Notes: generated by a model from the sequence alone, not told the origin. A stretch of 64,000 nucleotides of DNA from Ramazzottius varieornatus (GCA_001949185.1 BDGG01000001.1:1045153-1109152); one strand, 5' to 3'; shown: positions 13,301-24,215, counted from the first letter of the stretch. Translations and numbers: made by a program.

Positions 13301-16300
13301 CGAGAATCGCCGAGCCCATGCCGGTAGATCGAAAGAATTGTGCCCTCAAATTCAAAACTGCTGTTGTCCAAACCCGACCACCTTGAGACCGGGCTTCCGA
13401 GCGAGAAGCGCTTTTTGAGTCCATGATACAACACAATTTTGATGACTTCAGAAGCATCAGTCCGACAGCTGGGTATCTCGAATAGGTCACGAATCAACAA
13501 CTTCCATGACCGCATATCTTTCCCTTCCAAGCGAGGGGCGGGGTTGTGGAGTACAGGCCTGCACTAGCGCTCGGCCTTAAGGTGTCGCGCCTGATATCGT
13601 ATATCATACGACATATTCAAAAATAAAATTTAAAAAAATGCTGAAAAGCAGTGAATTCACTTTCTGAGTTCAGAAAAGTATTCGGAAGAATATTTGTCAA
13701 CATTCAGAATGACATAAAGCGTGCCATCTTTTTGCATGGGACAGGATGTAAAATTTAAGGTATAATATTAGAACACCCACGTAAACACTGCTGCAAGCCT
13801 GCAACAAGTTCCGGCCGAAGGCTCACCAGAAATCAGAGGCAAAGCAAGTGACATATTTTTCATTCAGAATTCCTTAAAAATATGGTATAAACATACCATC
13901 CGAACAACAGCTAAAACGTAACCCGCTTCTTCCAACAGTTTTTGCATACCATCGAGAGACTACTGATTAAGGTTCAATTCTGCCAGTTCGACAGAAATCT
14001 TAAACCGATTGTCTTTAAATTCTACTCGGTCGACCCCACAAGAGGATTCCGCCAACTTCTGAGTCCCGATACTCGACCCAGCATCGCAGGAAATTATTGG
14101 AGGGTATTTTCGACAGCAGAAAACGCAGATTAAGCGAAAAGAGATACTAGCAGACAGCGTGGGGCTTGGAGGTAACGGGTTCATTTCGGCACGGTGAAAT
14201 ATCGCATTTTGGTTGAACGATTTGAATGATCAGGAAATTCCTAGCCGAAGGTCTCAGCTCTCTCGTCGAATTGCGCACCATCATGCTCTTACGATGCAGT
14301 TTGGTGCACGGTTCTGTTCCACAGTATCGAAAAAGCTGGTCGGCTCAAAAGTCGGTGATCGGTGAAACCCATTCAATTTACGTGCTCTACTGCAGCGAGT
14401 TCGGCTCGTGCCGAATGGTTTGAAGTATCGGTTCGTGGTATCGGTTTGAGCCTTGAGATTCAACCATTGGCGTGATCACCTTGTAAGTGCTCAAGTCAAA
14501 TCACCTGGTTGGGATGAGACGATAAGTTTGGTTGCTTGGTGTTCGACTGGCGAGTTTTCTTGTTTTCACTAAGGATTATTCATACAACACCTCTCGAAAA
14601 CCAGAAAGTCAGAACGTGTGGGACGAGGGACCTAGATCTTTTTATGTCTACTGAACTCCGAATGCTGGGAATATTGAGTTGGCAGCACAAAACCAAATTA
14701 AGTGGGCTCGCAAATTTTCAGGTTCTTCTCCAGAACTATGGCTATCGTAAGCTACCGTTCCGTTAGGAGGAAGTCGAGAAGCCTCTCGCCTTTTGAGGGA
14801 ATCTTCATAGTATTCGAGAAGAATTGGGTTTACTTCGTTAGCAGACTCCTGATAAACCGTGTGACTCGGTCCAATTTTAGCGTTGGCGGTAGTGGCACGC
14901 GGTCTGAGTCTACGGGCGACAAAGGGCTCGTTCTTATGCTGACATCCCGATGGTCAGCATAAGATCAGCAAAAGATAGAAGAGTGTGTTTCCACGACTCT
15001 GCCAGGTATCTAACTTCCGGTACAATCGTGAGGTAGAGCTCTACATGAGCTTGGCGAACGGACGTCACAGTGAGCATGCGCTATGTACTTCTTCATACAT
15101 GTAAACTCCATATTTAGTGTGACGGCAGTTCGCTTAGCTTACAGTGCGCCAACTCTTCGCAAAAACTAGGAATTTTACTGTGGAAATCCGATCTTTATAA
15201 CCGGAGTTCTGGTTTGATGCTCGTATACTGATTCGGAATTCCAGTGTTTCGAATCGGGCTCGGCCGGAACGAAACAGAATTCTTGTTTTAGCAAGCGGAA
15301 TAGGAACTGAGCGGAAAACGGAATGCCGATGCTTACTCCAGGTGGCCTGAGAACAGTGGATATATTCCGGGATCAGCACAATCAACCATCACGTCCATCG
15401 TCCAAAAGCTGAGTTTGGCGTCAATTCCGACTGCTATAGATGTCAGAACAAGCATAGACCCCTCGTGAGTTACATGGCCCGCCTTAGCCAGGTTCACCGG
15501 ACATGGGACCACGAAGTCTCATAACGGATCAAATTTGCTACATCATGATAGATTTAGCGCTGATATGGGAGTTATGGGCATTACAGTCTGGTCGGCTGGC
15601 GGTTCCATCCACCGTTCTCCGCACTTTTTTCGGGAGGATAAATTGATATATCAAACCCGAATTTAACAAAGACACCCTGGATTATTCTCTGGTACCCTTT
15701 CCACCCTGCTGGAGACACCTCTCTCGTCTAGGGTAAAAAGGTGGAAAATCCTATATTAAAAGAGCTCTAGGGTGGAAAAAAAGACACCAAAGACATCTCT
15801 AGTGCAGGAGTGATGGAGTATAAAACACAAAAACTTTCAAGTGGAAGACGGAATTCGAGAACGAAGAGACGAGGTTTGACTGCAACCTAATACGCTGCTC
15901 AGCGCCGTCAAGATCCCAAGGGATCGACGTGGCGATCTCGTCCAGTGCGTGAGATAGTTTTTGACTACAGCCTAGAAAGAAATTTTTAAGCCCAAGGTGA
16001 AATCCCAAGGACTGTGAACAAGGTCGCCGCAAGTCGTCTGCTATCTCCTTGAAGGTGTTAAGCAACATAGAATACAGTTTGAGTTTCAACTCTCCGTCAG
16101 TTCACCCTATTTTGCCGTCCATTCTGATAGATCTGATATCTGATAGATATCTTGGATTTTGGTATTTTGGTGTCTTGGCGCCGTTAAGATATGTGCAAAA
16201 ATTGTCTAGAGAGAAGTGGCGGAGGGCCAGGATCTTGGCCTGTTCTTGCAGGCTAGACCGGAAACAGGCCTTTCTGCCCATATTTCCAAACGAGGCCGTA

Positions 16301-19300
16301 CGCTGCCGACTGAGCGAACGTTTGTTCTTCTGGGGTGTTGCGGGTATATTTCAAACCGCTGACGCAAATTTATAGAGCGCTCAGTCGCGTGCCTGAAGCT
16401 ACCAGATGTAGGTTTGCTAGGCAAACGGCAAGAAAGTTATGGGCGTTTTTGCGATAATGCGAATCTCCCAACGAAGTGCCAAATGCCAATCAATTGCGAC
16501 CTAGCTCCCGCTGAACTATGGTCTTCTGCACTTCTGTATGGTCTCTTTGGGCTACGAAGATGAGAGTCATATGATGCACTGGCTGGAGGACGAGCACCTT
16601 TCACTATAAGAGAATCTGGAAGAAAACTGGTGCTGGACGTCCAAAGTGGCAGCAACTGGGAACTTGTTTACTCGGGGAACGGGGGCAAGTGGTCGAACAA
16701 CTTTCCAACCACCGATTAAGGGATTCCTGTGACTGTCTCGATGTTTCGCGCAGGGCTTCAGATGTTTCACATCGAGATCTACAATCTGATGTAGAGAAAG
16801 CACGTTTTCTCTACAACGTGCTTTCTCTTCTCAGAGAAAGCTCAACGGTACGCTTTTTTTCCTTAGATCGCAGTTTCCACGTTGAGGCAACTCTCCGCAA
16901 ACCACACCTGTATCTCTAACAAACGATTTTCTCTGTGTATGCAGTACCTGAAAAATTTTCCGGGTACAAACAACGATTTCTGTACCCGAAAAATCGTATC
17001 ACCTGTCTGTACTCCGATTTCGTTCATTCAAGTTGTGTTTGAAAGCAGATAATTTGGTCTACACGGTCACGTGCCTTGGCAGGACCGTAATCAAGACATC
17101 AACTAGCACGGCAAAACTTTGCCGACCTTCAAAACTGAGTGTTTCTTAGGCCGGGTACATTTAGTCGACTGGGTCGTTATATGTGACGAGGTCGTTCTGA
17201 AGAACTACGTAGACTTTGTGAACACTCAGAAAAACTAGTTGGTGTGGTAGACGAAATTAAGAGCAACCACGCAGCAAGTTACTTGCTTTTAATTAACTAG
17301 CGTTCAAAAATGAATTATTGCCAACTGGGTTGGCCACCCACTGACTGTCATGATTTTGAATATTCTCACTGCTCCTTCCCTTCAGTTCGAATACTTTCCA
17401 TAGCTATATTGTTTTCATTCAACTTCGAGGAGAACGATAAAGATGCTGGGCAGGTTTCGGAGACTGACGGTCAGTGAAGGAAATTCAAGACAACAGTGGA
17501 GCAGCATGGGAAGTCCTTCTTGCAAGATGACTTTAACACATACACATCCTATTCGTCTTTCGCTGTCCCCACGACCAAAGAAACCATCAATCAACCGTAT
17601 TCTACCAGTAATAGCTCCCAAGAATAGCCAGTGATGGGAAAAATTTGTTTTCAGAATGGTCAAGGTCGCAAGCCGGAAGCTGAACGAGCAATAGGAAGTT
17701 GGGTTGAAAGCTACTAGCATCTTTTAGCTAGTACCTTTGGTAGGCACTTTATAGTTAATGTGGTTGGCTATGCTGGTTGTCTACCCCGAGACGTTCAAAA
17801 ATTCGACGTAGTTGACATATGAAAGGTAATATGACTCACCTACTGAGTGGCTGAATTATGTTCCAGCATGATTTCATATGCTTTCTGCCGTTCAATATAG
17901 GCAACTACAATTCTTGTTGGAGGATCCGCAAATATTTCGCTCGCGTGCTTTAATAATTTGACCATAAACTGTGTCTTTCCACTTCCAGTTGGTCCGAAAC
18001 ATAACGCTCCAAACGGTGAGCGAGACTGCTCAAGATTATAATCAAGAGCTGGGAACATGGCCATCATAAAGAATATTGTTGCAACAGCAAATTGGAACTG
18101 CAAAATCAACTTGGAGAAACTGGAGACAATGTTGAATATGGCATACTACAATCCCAAGTCATTCTCAGGACTCATTATTCGTCGGCTTGTCCCCTTTAAA
18201 ACCCACTGCAAAGTTTTCTGTAATGGCAAGGTTGTAGTCAACGGCGCTACTAGCGAAAAAAGTGCAAAAGCTTTAACTGAAAGTTATTGCCAGACAATGC
18301 AAAAAGCCGGTTACGGTGACGCACGCGTCACAGACTTCAGGATCGTAAACATCATTGCTACTTTTGACTTTGGCCGGAAAATTCGCCTGTATGACGTATA
18401 TTACATCGTTCGCAAAGTTGCACTAGGGAACGGTAACTATGTCTGCCTTGTAAAATCTGTTTCGTTTGAACCCGAAATGTTCCCTGCTGTTTCTACAAAA
18501 CTGGACAATGTAACCTGTGTGTTATTTCATACTGGAAAGTGCAATATTCTTGGAGCAAAGGCTGAATCTGACGTCGATCTAGCTGAACTCGATTTTCACG
18601 ATATTAGCGAACAATAAACGTGAGGAACTCTAATGGTGATGTTCTGCATAGCAGTCGGGATATTCTAGAGTAGAATTACCAGCATAGATTAGCGCGACGG
18701 TGGGCGTGCACATTCACAGCTCTATAGTCCGGACATTCTAGTATGAAAGACTCAGTAGAGCCTCACGTGTATAGACTCAAAGCCCCGGATGATCCGGGGT
18801 TTTGAGTGACAGCCAGTGTACGCTGTCGTGATGAGTCACAGTACACAGTGAGTCAGCGCCACAGGGTAGTAGCAGCGTGGCTAAAAAGCAATCAGTTGAA
18901 TGACTCACCTCACTGCCGGGCAGACTTGATTGAGTGATTGCTAACCGAAAAAACTGATATCTGGGGCTATGTTACTACTATCATAGTCTACTACTACTAC
19001 TATCAAGACCATCAGAATAGCCATTAGGTTGCTGCATGTCAGGGAGCATACTAGTATTGCGCAAGCATTTGATATGAGGAGCTGCTACCCCTATCCCCTC
19101 TCGTAATCACCACGTAAGATTTCCAAGGTTAGTACCCAAACTCCGACCTTATCACATAAGATTTGAGGCCCCCCCTCTATCCATACAAAATTTAATCAAT
19201 TGTCCAAAAATGTAAGCGGAAACAAATCGAGTCCGTGCACAGACTAACGTTTTGAAACGATCAGAATACTGAAGAGCAAAAGAGGACGGAACTCTTCCAG

Positions 19301-22075
19301 GTCGACCAGAGCTTCAAAGTCGGTACAGTGAGTTTGCATCATTTGCGCGATTCATCCAAGCGCTGGATGAATCTTGCTTAGCCGAGCGGATGGCAATGAA
19401 TGTAGGACCGGAATATGTCAGTTCTTGCTCAGTCTTGAACGAAAGACATGCGTAAACCGAAGGGATCAAGTTGTGGCTCGGAGCGATGACGACAAAATCG
19501 TGGTCGGGAAGGCGACAGGCATAATCAGCATCCCAACGCATCAGCTTTCTTGTTTACAGCTGTTATCCGAGATCGAATGGTAGACGGATCGAACCCATAA
19601 CGTTACTATTTCAGTTTTGCCTTTGATTAAATTAAATATTAAATTTTTTATTAGCTTACGTAAGACCCCTGGGATACCTCCCATCCTGCCCTAAGCAAAG
19701 CGTGACATTTCAGTGACCAGCACCCCCTCTTACGTGCTTACGTAATACTAGTATGTTCCCTTACTCCTTGGTGGTACGTTTGATTGTTTCACTTTTTGTT
19801 TTGCTGGGGATTCTGATGTTTCTTGTATTTTTTGAATACTAAGGTAAAGAGTTCTAATGTGCGGAGATCAGACTGCGTTGGTCTAAAAAAACACTCAGTT
19901 TTGAAGGTCGGCAGAGTTTGCCGTACCAGTTGATGTCTTGAGTATGGTCGTGCCAAGTCACGTGACCGTGTAGATCAAATCATCTGCTTTCAAACACAAC
20001 TTGAATGAACGAAATCGGAGTACAGACAGGTGATACGATTTTTCGGGTACAGATCTAGGTAGGTCGCTCACTATTGGGAGACCGTGTACAGCCCGAACGG
20101 GCCAAGTGACTACCACCTATAAAATTGGTGCTTTCTCGACCCCGTTCTCGCTCATTTCTGAAACCAGCTTTACATGATTTGACCGCCATTTTTCTACCTC
20201 TAAAAAACTTACCGGCCAGAAATCCGTTCAGAAAGAAGTCAAAAACGACAGGAAACCATGGAAGGCACAGGCGAAATTGCAGCCAAATTTTTCAGCTTTG
20301 GGATCCTTTCCCGAATTCTTTTTTTCACTTTTGCCTCGAGATCCTGCCCTGGTTTTGTTGAAACCAGAGTAAGGACCTTGCTATAGAAGCAGTGGTCAAA
20401 AGCACGAATTCACCGTTCACGACAAGAGCGAAAATTTTTGCGGCGGAAGAGGAATTCCCGGCAAAACGGCCAAATTTGAAGGTTCTAATTCACTTGCCAA
20501 GTATGTTTGGCGTTACTGCGATATTTTCTGGTTCTGGATGATAGTTCAAATAGTTTTACGTGCGTTGAGACTGAATTAGAAATTTCTAATTAAGTATAGA
20601 ACCTTAGAGCTAACGTTTTGTTCCGGATAAAATATCTTCCCCACCGGAAGTCATACTGATCAACATTGCCAAACTGTTTCTCTGTCAACGCGAATATGCT
20701 GTCTCTCAGTGGAAGCACCTTAAAACGTTGTGCGAAAAGAGTGAAAGCCGAGACGAAAAGGATGTACACGGATTTTTTTATAGCGCTTTTTGCTAGGTGG
20801 TAGTCACCTGGCCTGTTCGGGCTGTATAATTATAACGTGCACTTTTCTGAAAAATGCGAAAACATGCCCGCCAGATGACCGGACAGAAGTTTTTTCACCA
20901 CAAAGAAATTAAAATCTTTCAAGGCTAAGCTTTGTTCCTGAAAGGTTTATTTCGAACTGGAGCACATTGAACTGGCTCCAAGTATCATACTCTGAAGGCT
21001 TCTTTCCTGCTGGAGACTTCCAGCTGGAAAATGTTCACTGAAATTTCAAGCAGAATCTCAAAAAGCGTTTTGGCACCAAGTTTCCAAATGAGGTTGGCAG
21101 ACAGATTTTCACTGAAACATCTCGAAAGCGTGTCCGTTACAGCAGAGAAAGTTGAAAAACGAGAAACCAAGTGGAATACAGCGAAAACCAAGGACCTGAA
21201 TTTCTTGAGGGGCTAAGTGTAAACGACAGGGACAACTTGGCTGAATCGGGCTGTATATCACAATGGCTGGTCCATCTAACAAGCCGTCACTCAGACAAAT
21301 TTTCGAGCAAAAATCGGAAATTTTTCTTTTCGCTAGCCAACCAATTACATTGGAGCGACTTCGTTCGAATTTTCTGGAGCTCTGGGATGTTAATTGGGGG
21401 GAGCTAGCTGTTGGTTGATGAAGGGGTTAAGGGAGCCCATAATGCCGTTCAAAACTATTGAGATTCGATTCTGAATTTAATGACTCTGATGATCCCCTTG
21501 CGAGTACTACTGAGTAGCACCAAACCACTGTCTTCGTTTTGCATGAGCTGGCTTGCCAGAAACTTGACTTCTACTCTCGTCCACGTCGAAACATTCTTCA
21601 GGAGGCTGGCGGCATGTATGATCTGGACCATGTAGACAGGATCTTCAGCATATTCTACCTTACCTGTGAGGTACTTCAAGAAGTCCCCAGAATTGGAGTA
21701 ATCCATAACGATGTGATATTCGTCATCGTCGTCCGGCTACAAAGATCACGCCAATAGGTTTGAATTCTTTGGTCAGCCATATACATAACAAACCGCATGA
21801 CAAATAAACCAAGCTATTTAACAGCTTAGCACCGCGATGAATCGCACACATCAAGCACACTTACCGAGTGACAGCCGATGTACTTGACCAAGTTCTCATT
21901 GTATCCTTTCAGACTTTTCTGCAAAGAGCCAACAGGTTTACGGTACTGGAACAGTACTGTCTGCGAGAAAGCAATACCTTTAGAATTTCCACCTCACGTC
22001 CCACAACGCAGTGACCTTCCGGAACTGGTTTGAGGTAAGCCTTTTTATCGACTTAATTGCAACAAGGAGAGGTGT
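10346..22075 (-). CDS. ULK/Atg1-like Ser/Thr kinase; exons 22075-21978 (1-nt frameshift), 21918-21865, 21736-21664, 11937-10346; Gly-loop exon not located; possibly a pseudogene
   Basis: The joined product reads VAIKSIK...GREVEILK|KSLKGYNENLVKYIGCHS|PDDDDEYHIVMDYSNSGDFLKYLT-A-VPNVPEKDLWYFAKQITNGLKALHALGIAHRDLKPENILL...KIGDFG...GTFTYMAPEV...KADVWSFG, paralleling ULK1 (GKEIKILK, HENIV, MEYCNGGDLADYL, HRDLKPQNILL). Canonical GT/AG, and phase 1 matches across intron 21663-11938. Confidence 0.8.
12163..12359. mobile_element. TA-flanked MITE (family A, empty copy), ~45-bp TIRs
   Basis: ta|cccgcaagacgggaaattatggtacagtaaaaattatgggaca ... tgtcccataatatgtactgtaccataatttctcgtcctgcgtg|ta. Related copies at 43677-44445 and 34706-34748. 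Confidence 0.85.
17840..18058 (-). pseudogene. 3'-truncated P-loop ATPase resembling the Polinton/Maverick (A32/FtsK-HerA-type) packaging ATPase N-terminus
   Basis: MFPALDYNLEQSRSPFGALCFGPTGSGKTQFMVKLLKHASEIFADPPTRIVVAYIERQKAY has a Walker A in the PF-x4-GPtGsGKT...PP-xIvxxY pattern typical of Polinton ATPases. The ORF stops after ~72 aa, before Walker B. Confidence 0.65.
18057..18617 (+). CDS. Intronless, divergent TATA-box-binding-protein-like gene (core only, 186 aa)
   Basis: Two TBP repeats: KNIVATAN...YNPKSFSGLIIR...KVFCNGKVVVNGA and DFRIVNIIAT...SFEPEMFPA...VLFHTGKCNILGAK. AATAAA (18613-18618) overlaps the stop codon. Confidence 0.92.
   Translation: MAIIKNIVATANWNCKINLEKLETMLNMAYYNPKSFSGLIIRRLVPFKTHCKVFCNGKVVVNGATSEKSAKALTESYCQTMQKAGYGDARVTDFRIVNIIATFDFGRKIRLYDVYYIVRKVALGNGNYVCLVKSVSFEPEMFPAVSTKLDNVTCVLFHTGKCNILGAKAESDVDLAELDFHDISEQ
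18775..18807. repeat. Palindrome, 16-bp arms, 1-nt spacer
   Basis: actcaaagccccggat-g-atccggggttttgagt (1 mismatch). Confidence 0.85.
19042..19760 (-). mobile_element. Internally deleted Zator-like DNA transposon with a transposase fragment (19314-19541)
   Basis: TIRs gggagcatactagtattgcgcaagca / tgcttacgtaatactagtatgttccc, flanked by TCA/TTA (TWA-like TSD). The fragment LPDHDFVVIAPSHNLIPSVYA...TYSGPTFIAIRSAKQDSSSA matches the motif recalled for Zator transposases. Confidence 0.75.
20089..20824. mobile_element. Non-autonomous Tc1/mariner-type element, 736 bp, TA TSD
   Basis: ta|cagcccgaacgggccaagtgactaccaccta ... taggtggtagtcacctggcctgttcgggctg|ta. Confidence 0.85.
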
Positions 22076-22937
22076 CTGTGAATATAAGTCAGAAATTCTA
22101 TTTTGGCCTGGCGATATGAGTACAGCCCCAGCTTCATTTGGGATATTCTACAGGATAGGTTTACAGTATGCAGAAGCTGGTCAAAGTGGGGAGTGATGGG
22201 TACTCGACGGTATGTTTATTAGGTCGGATTGTTAAACGCAACTTTAAATTACCGAAATCGCATGGACGCGTGTCAAGGAACAGAATTCACATCGTGATTG
22301 GCTGTGCTTCTCTCCCGGAAGTTGGGTTAACGACGTCGATATTTGGGCAATGTCCTGGTCGAACCACAGGAATGAGGTTTCAGGATTTTGGGAAAGAAAA
22401 CGCTTTAACCTTTTTAGCACGACAGTTTTGTGTTTGGAGCTAACCTCGACATTCCGCAGCTTTCAAAACCTCGCTTCTGATGCCAAAAAAAGATAATAAT
22501 GGAATAGCTCAGTGTGAGATCGACCGGTGACGCGTCCAGGTGGTCAAAATTACCACCCATCGGCGGATGAAATAGACCTTAATACGGTCCTAATCTGATG
22601 CACTGCTATTTCGAATCCCGATCAACTGAACAAAATGCCCAGCCCGCAATTTCTACCCAAGAACGTGGATAGCATTTACGGCGCGGTGCGGTTAACGGTC
22701 AGCTGATCTCAATGACGTATTAAGGGAGAGGAGCAATTCTGCAATTGCGGAACTTTTGGAATTTCGAAACTGCGGATCTGCAGTTTTGAAATCCAGAATT
22801 TTCTAAACAATTGTGGAGTTTATTTCCAGAAAACCAATTTTTTAGGAAGATTTTTCGATTTTTAATAACATTCGGAAGATATCACGTCGGTTTTATCTCG
22901 TTAACACATCACATTAACACAACTTGTAGATTTGGTA

Positions 22938-23101
22938 TACTCGCCTGGCCTAAATGTGAGGATGGACAAAAATGTGGGGAACGGAGCAAAAGCGACTGTG
23001 CTTCGATTGATTTAGTTGATTGGTCAACCACAGCTGACCCGTGTCGCTTTCGCTCCTTTTCTCACATTTTTGTCCATCCCCACATTTGGGCCAGGCACGT
23101 G
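22938..23101. mobile_element. TA-flanked MITE (family B), ~60-bp TIRs
   Basis: gcctggcctaaatgtgaggatggacaaaaatgtg...agcgac / gtcgct...cacatttttgtccatccccacatttgggccaggc. A second copy spans the gap at 36471-36566. Confidence 0.85.
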
Positions 23102-23383
23102 TACCCATATCACAAAATCTCATTTGGTACCACTTTTACTAATTCTAGAAACGATCGCAAACTTCCCGACCCAGCAAAGGCTGTTGAGGCTGTCACCGCC
23201 GAGGGGACGAAAAATCCCAGCTCTGTCCCCCGTGCACAGTACTAGCACGCGCGGGTAGTGCTGGAGCGGGGTTACTAGGCTGAATGGCTGACCACGAAAC
23301 AAAGTAACCTAAATAGGGGTAGCTGCGGACCATTCCCAGTACAACCGACCTCTGACCAAATTGTTCAGGAAACCAGTTTTCAG

Positions 23384-24215
23384 CAGTCTTGAACGCGGTA
23401 TCGGTATTACCCGGTAATACCTGTAACTGGTACCGATTTCGGAGTAACGATACTTTACCGAGTACTGAGATGCGATAACGATACCTTACGGGAGGTATTT
23501 CAGGTATTTACCCGGTACTACCGACGATTCAAGCTTGCCGTTAAATACCGAAAGTACAGCAGAAAACTCGAAAAATTAACCTAACAGTCTGCCTTCCCAA
23601 CAATTGCACTCGGTTCTTGGTGGAAACGCAGACCGCATCGTTTTGTATGCGTAAACATCGATACAGGCCAAACCTGCAAGTCTACTACATAAGTGAGCCC
23701 ATGTCTGCAGTGTTTTTACTCCGTGCGCGCCGTAAACATGGGCAGTTGGGGCACTCACTGCCTGCCAGTATTCTGACTTAATGATTTTTCGTGTTAGTTC
23801 CTCCAACATTAGACTTTTAGGCTGGTTCTGCAGATCATGTCCGCCCCTGCAACCGCGGGAAGGTCTAAACGCGTTTTTACGGGCAGTGAGTTCATAGACA
23901 GCAAACCGAACAACAAAATTACATCCAGAATATCTCTCTAGTCACATGTCCGCACGGAAATCGGCGTATGTTCCAGTTTCGCAGCTTAATGAATTTTGTT
24001 GAGTAACAGTTGTGATGTATAGCGGTTTAATTTTTGACACTGTTTCGAAACGGCTAAGAAATTGTTTTCCGAATACCGCCAGTTACTTATTTTGATCTAT
24101 ACTTTACCGGAGGTATTGACGGTAAATCTGTAAGAATACCGAAATTTTAACGGCAAGCACAGCTGAAGTACTTTACTTTACCGAGTATTGCAAACCCAAT
24201 ACCTGTTCCACACTG
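23384..24215. mobile_element. Non-autonomous hAT-like element, 832 bp
   Basis: Ends cagtcttgaacgcggtat / atacctgttccacactg. 8-bp TSD gttttcag (23376-23383) vs gttttaag (24216-24223). Many subterminal taccg/cggta repeats. Confidence 0.7.

Larger units (their letters stand above)
16979..20053. mobile_element. ~3.1-kb segment bounded by ~170-bp inverted repeats (16979-17152 and 19880-20053), carrying Polinton-like ATPase/TBP genes and a Zator remnant
   Basis: tctgtacccgaaaaatcgtatcacctgtctgtactccgatttcgttcattcaagttgtgtttgaaagcagat...ccgaccttcaaaactgagtgttt reappears reverse-complemented at 19880-20053. No TSD recognised. Confidence 0.7.

Noticed and set aside
12600-16900. Many short ORFs suggesting a decayed transposase inside the kinase intron
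   Set aside because: No motif could be recognised in the frames examined, so it was left unannotated.
18057-18617. Calling this the host's canonical TBP or TRF2
   Set aside because: It is too divergent, intronless, lacks an N-terminal extension and sits beside a viral-type ATPase. It keeps the Phe residues that TRF2 loses.
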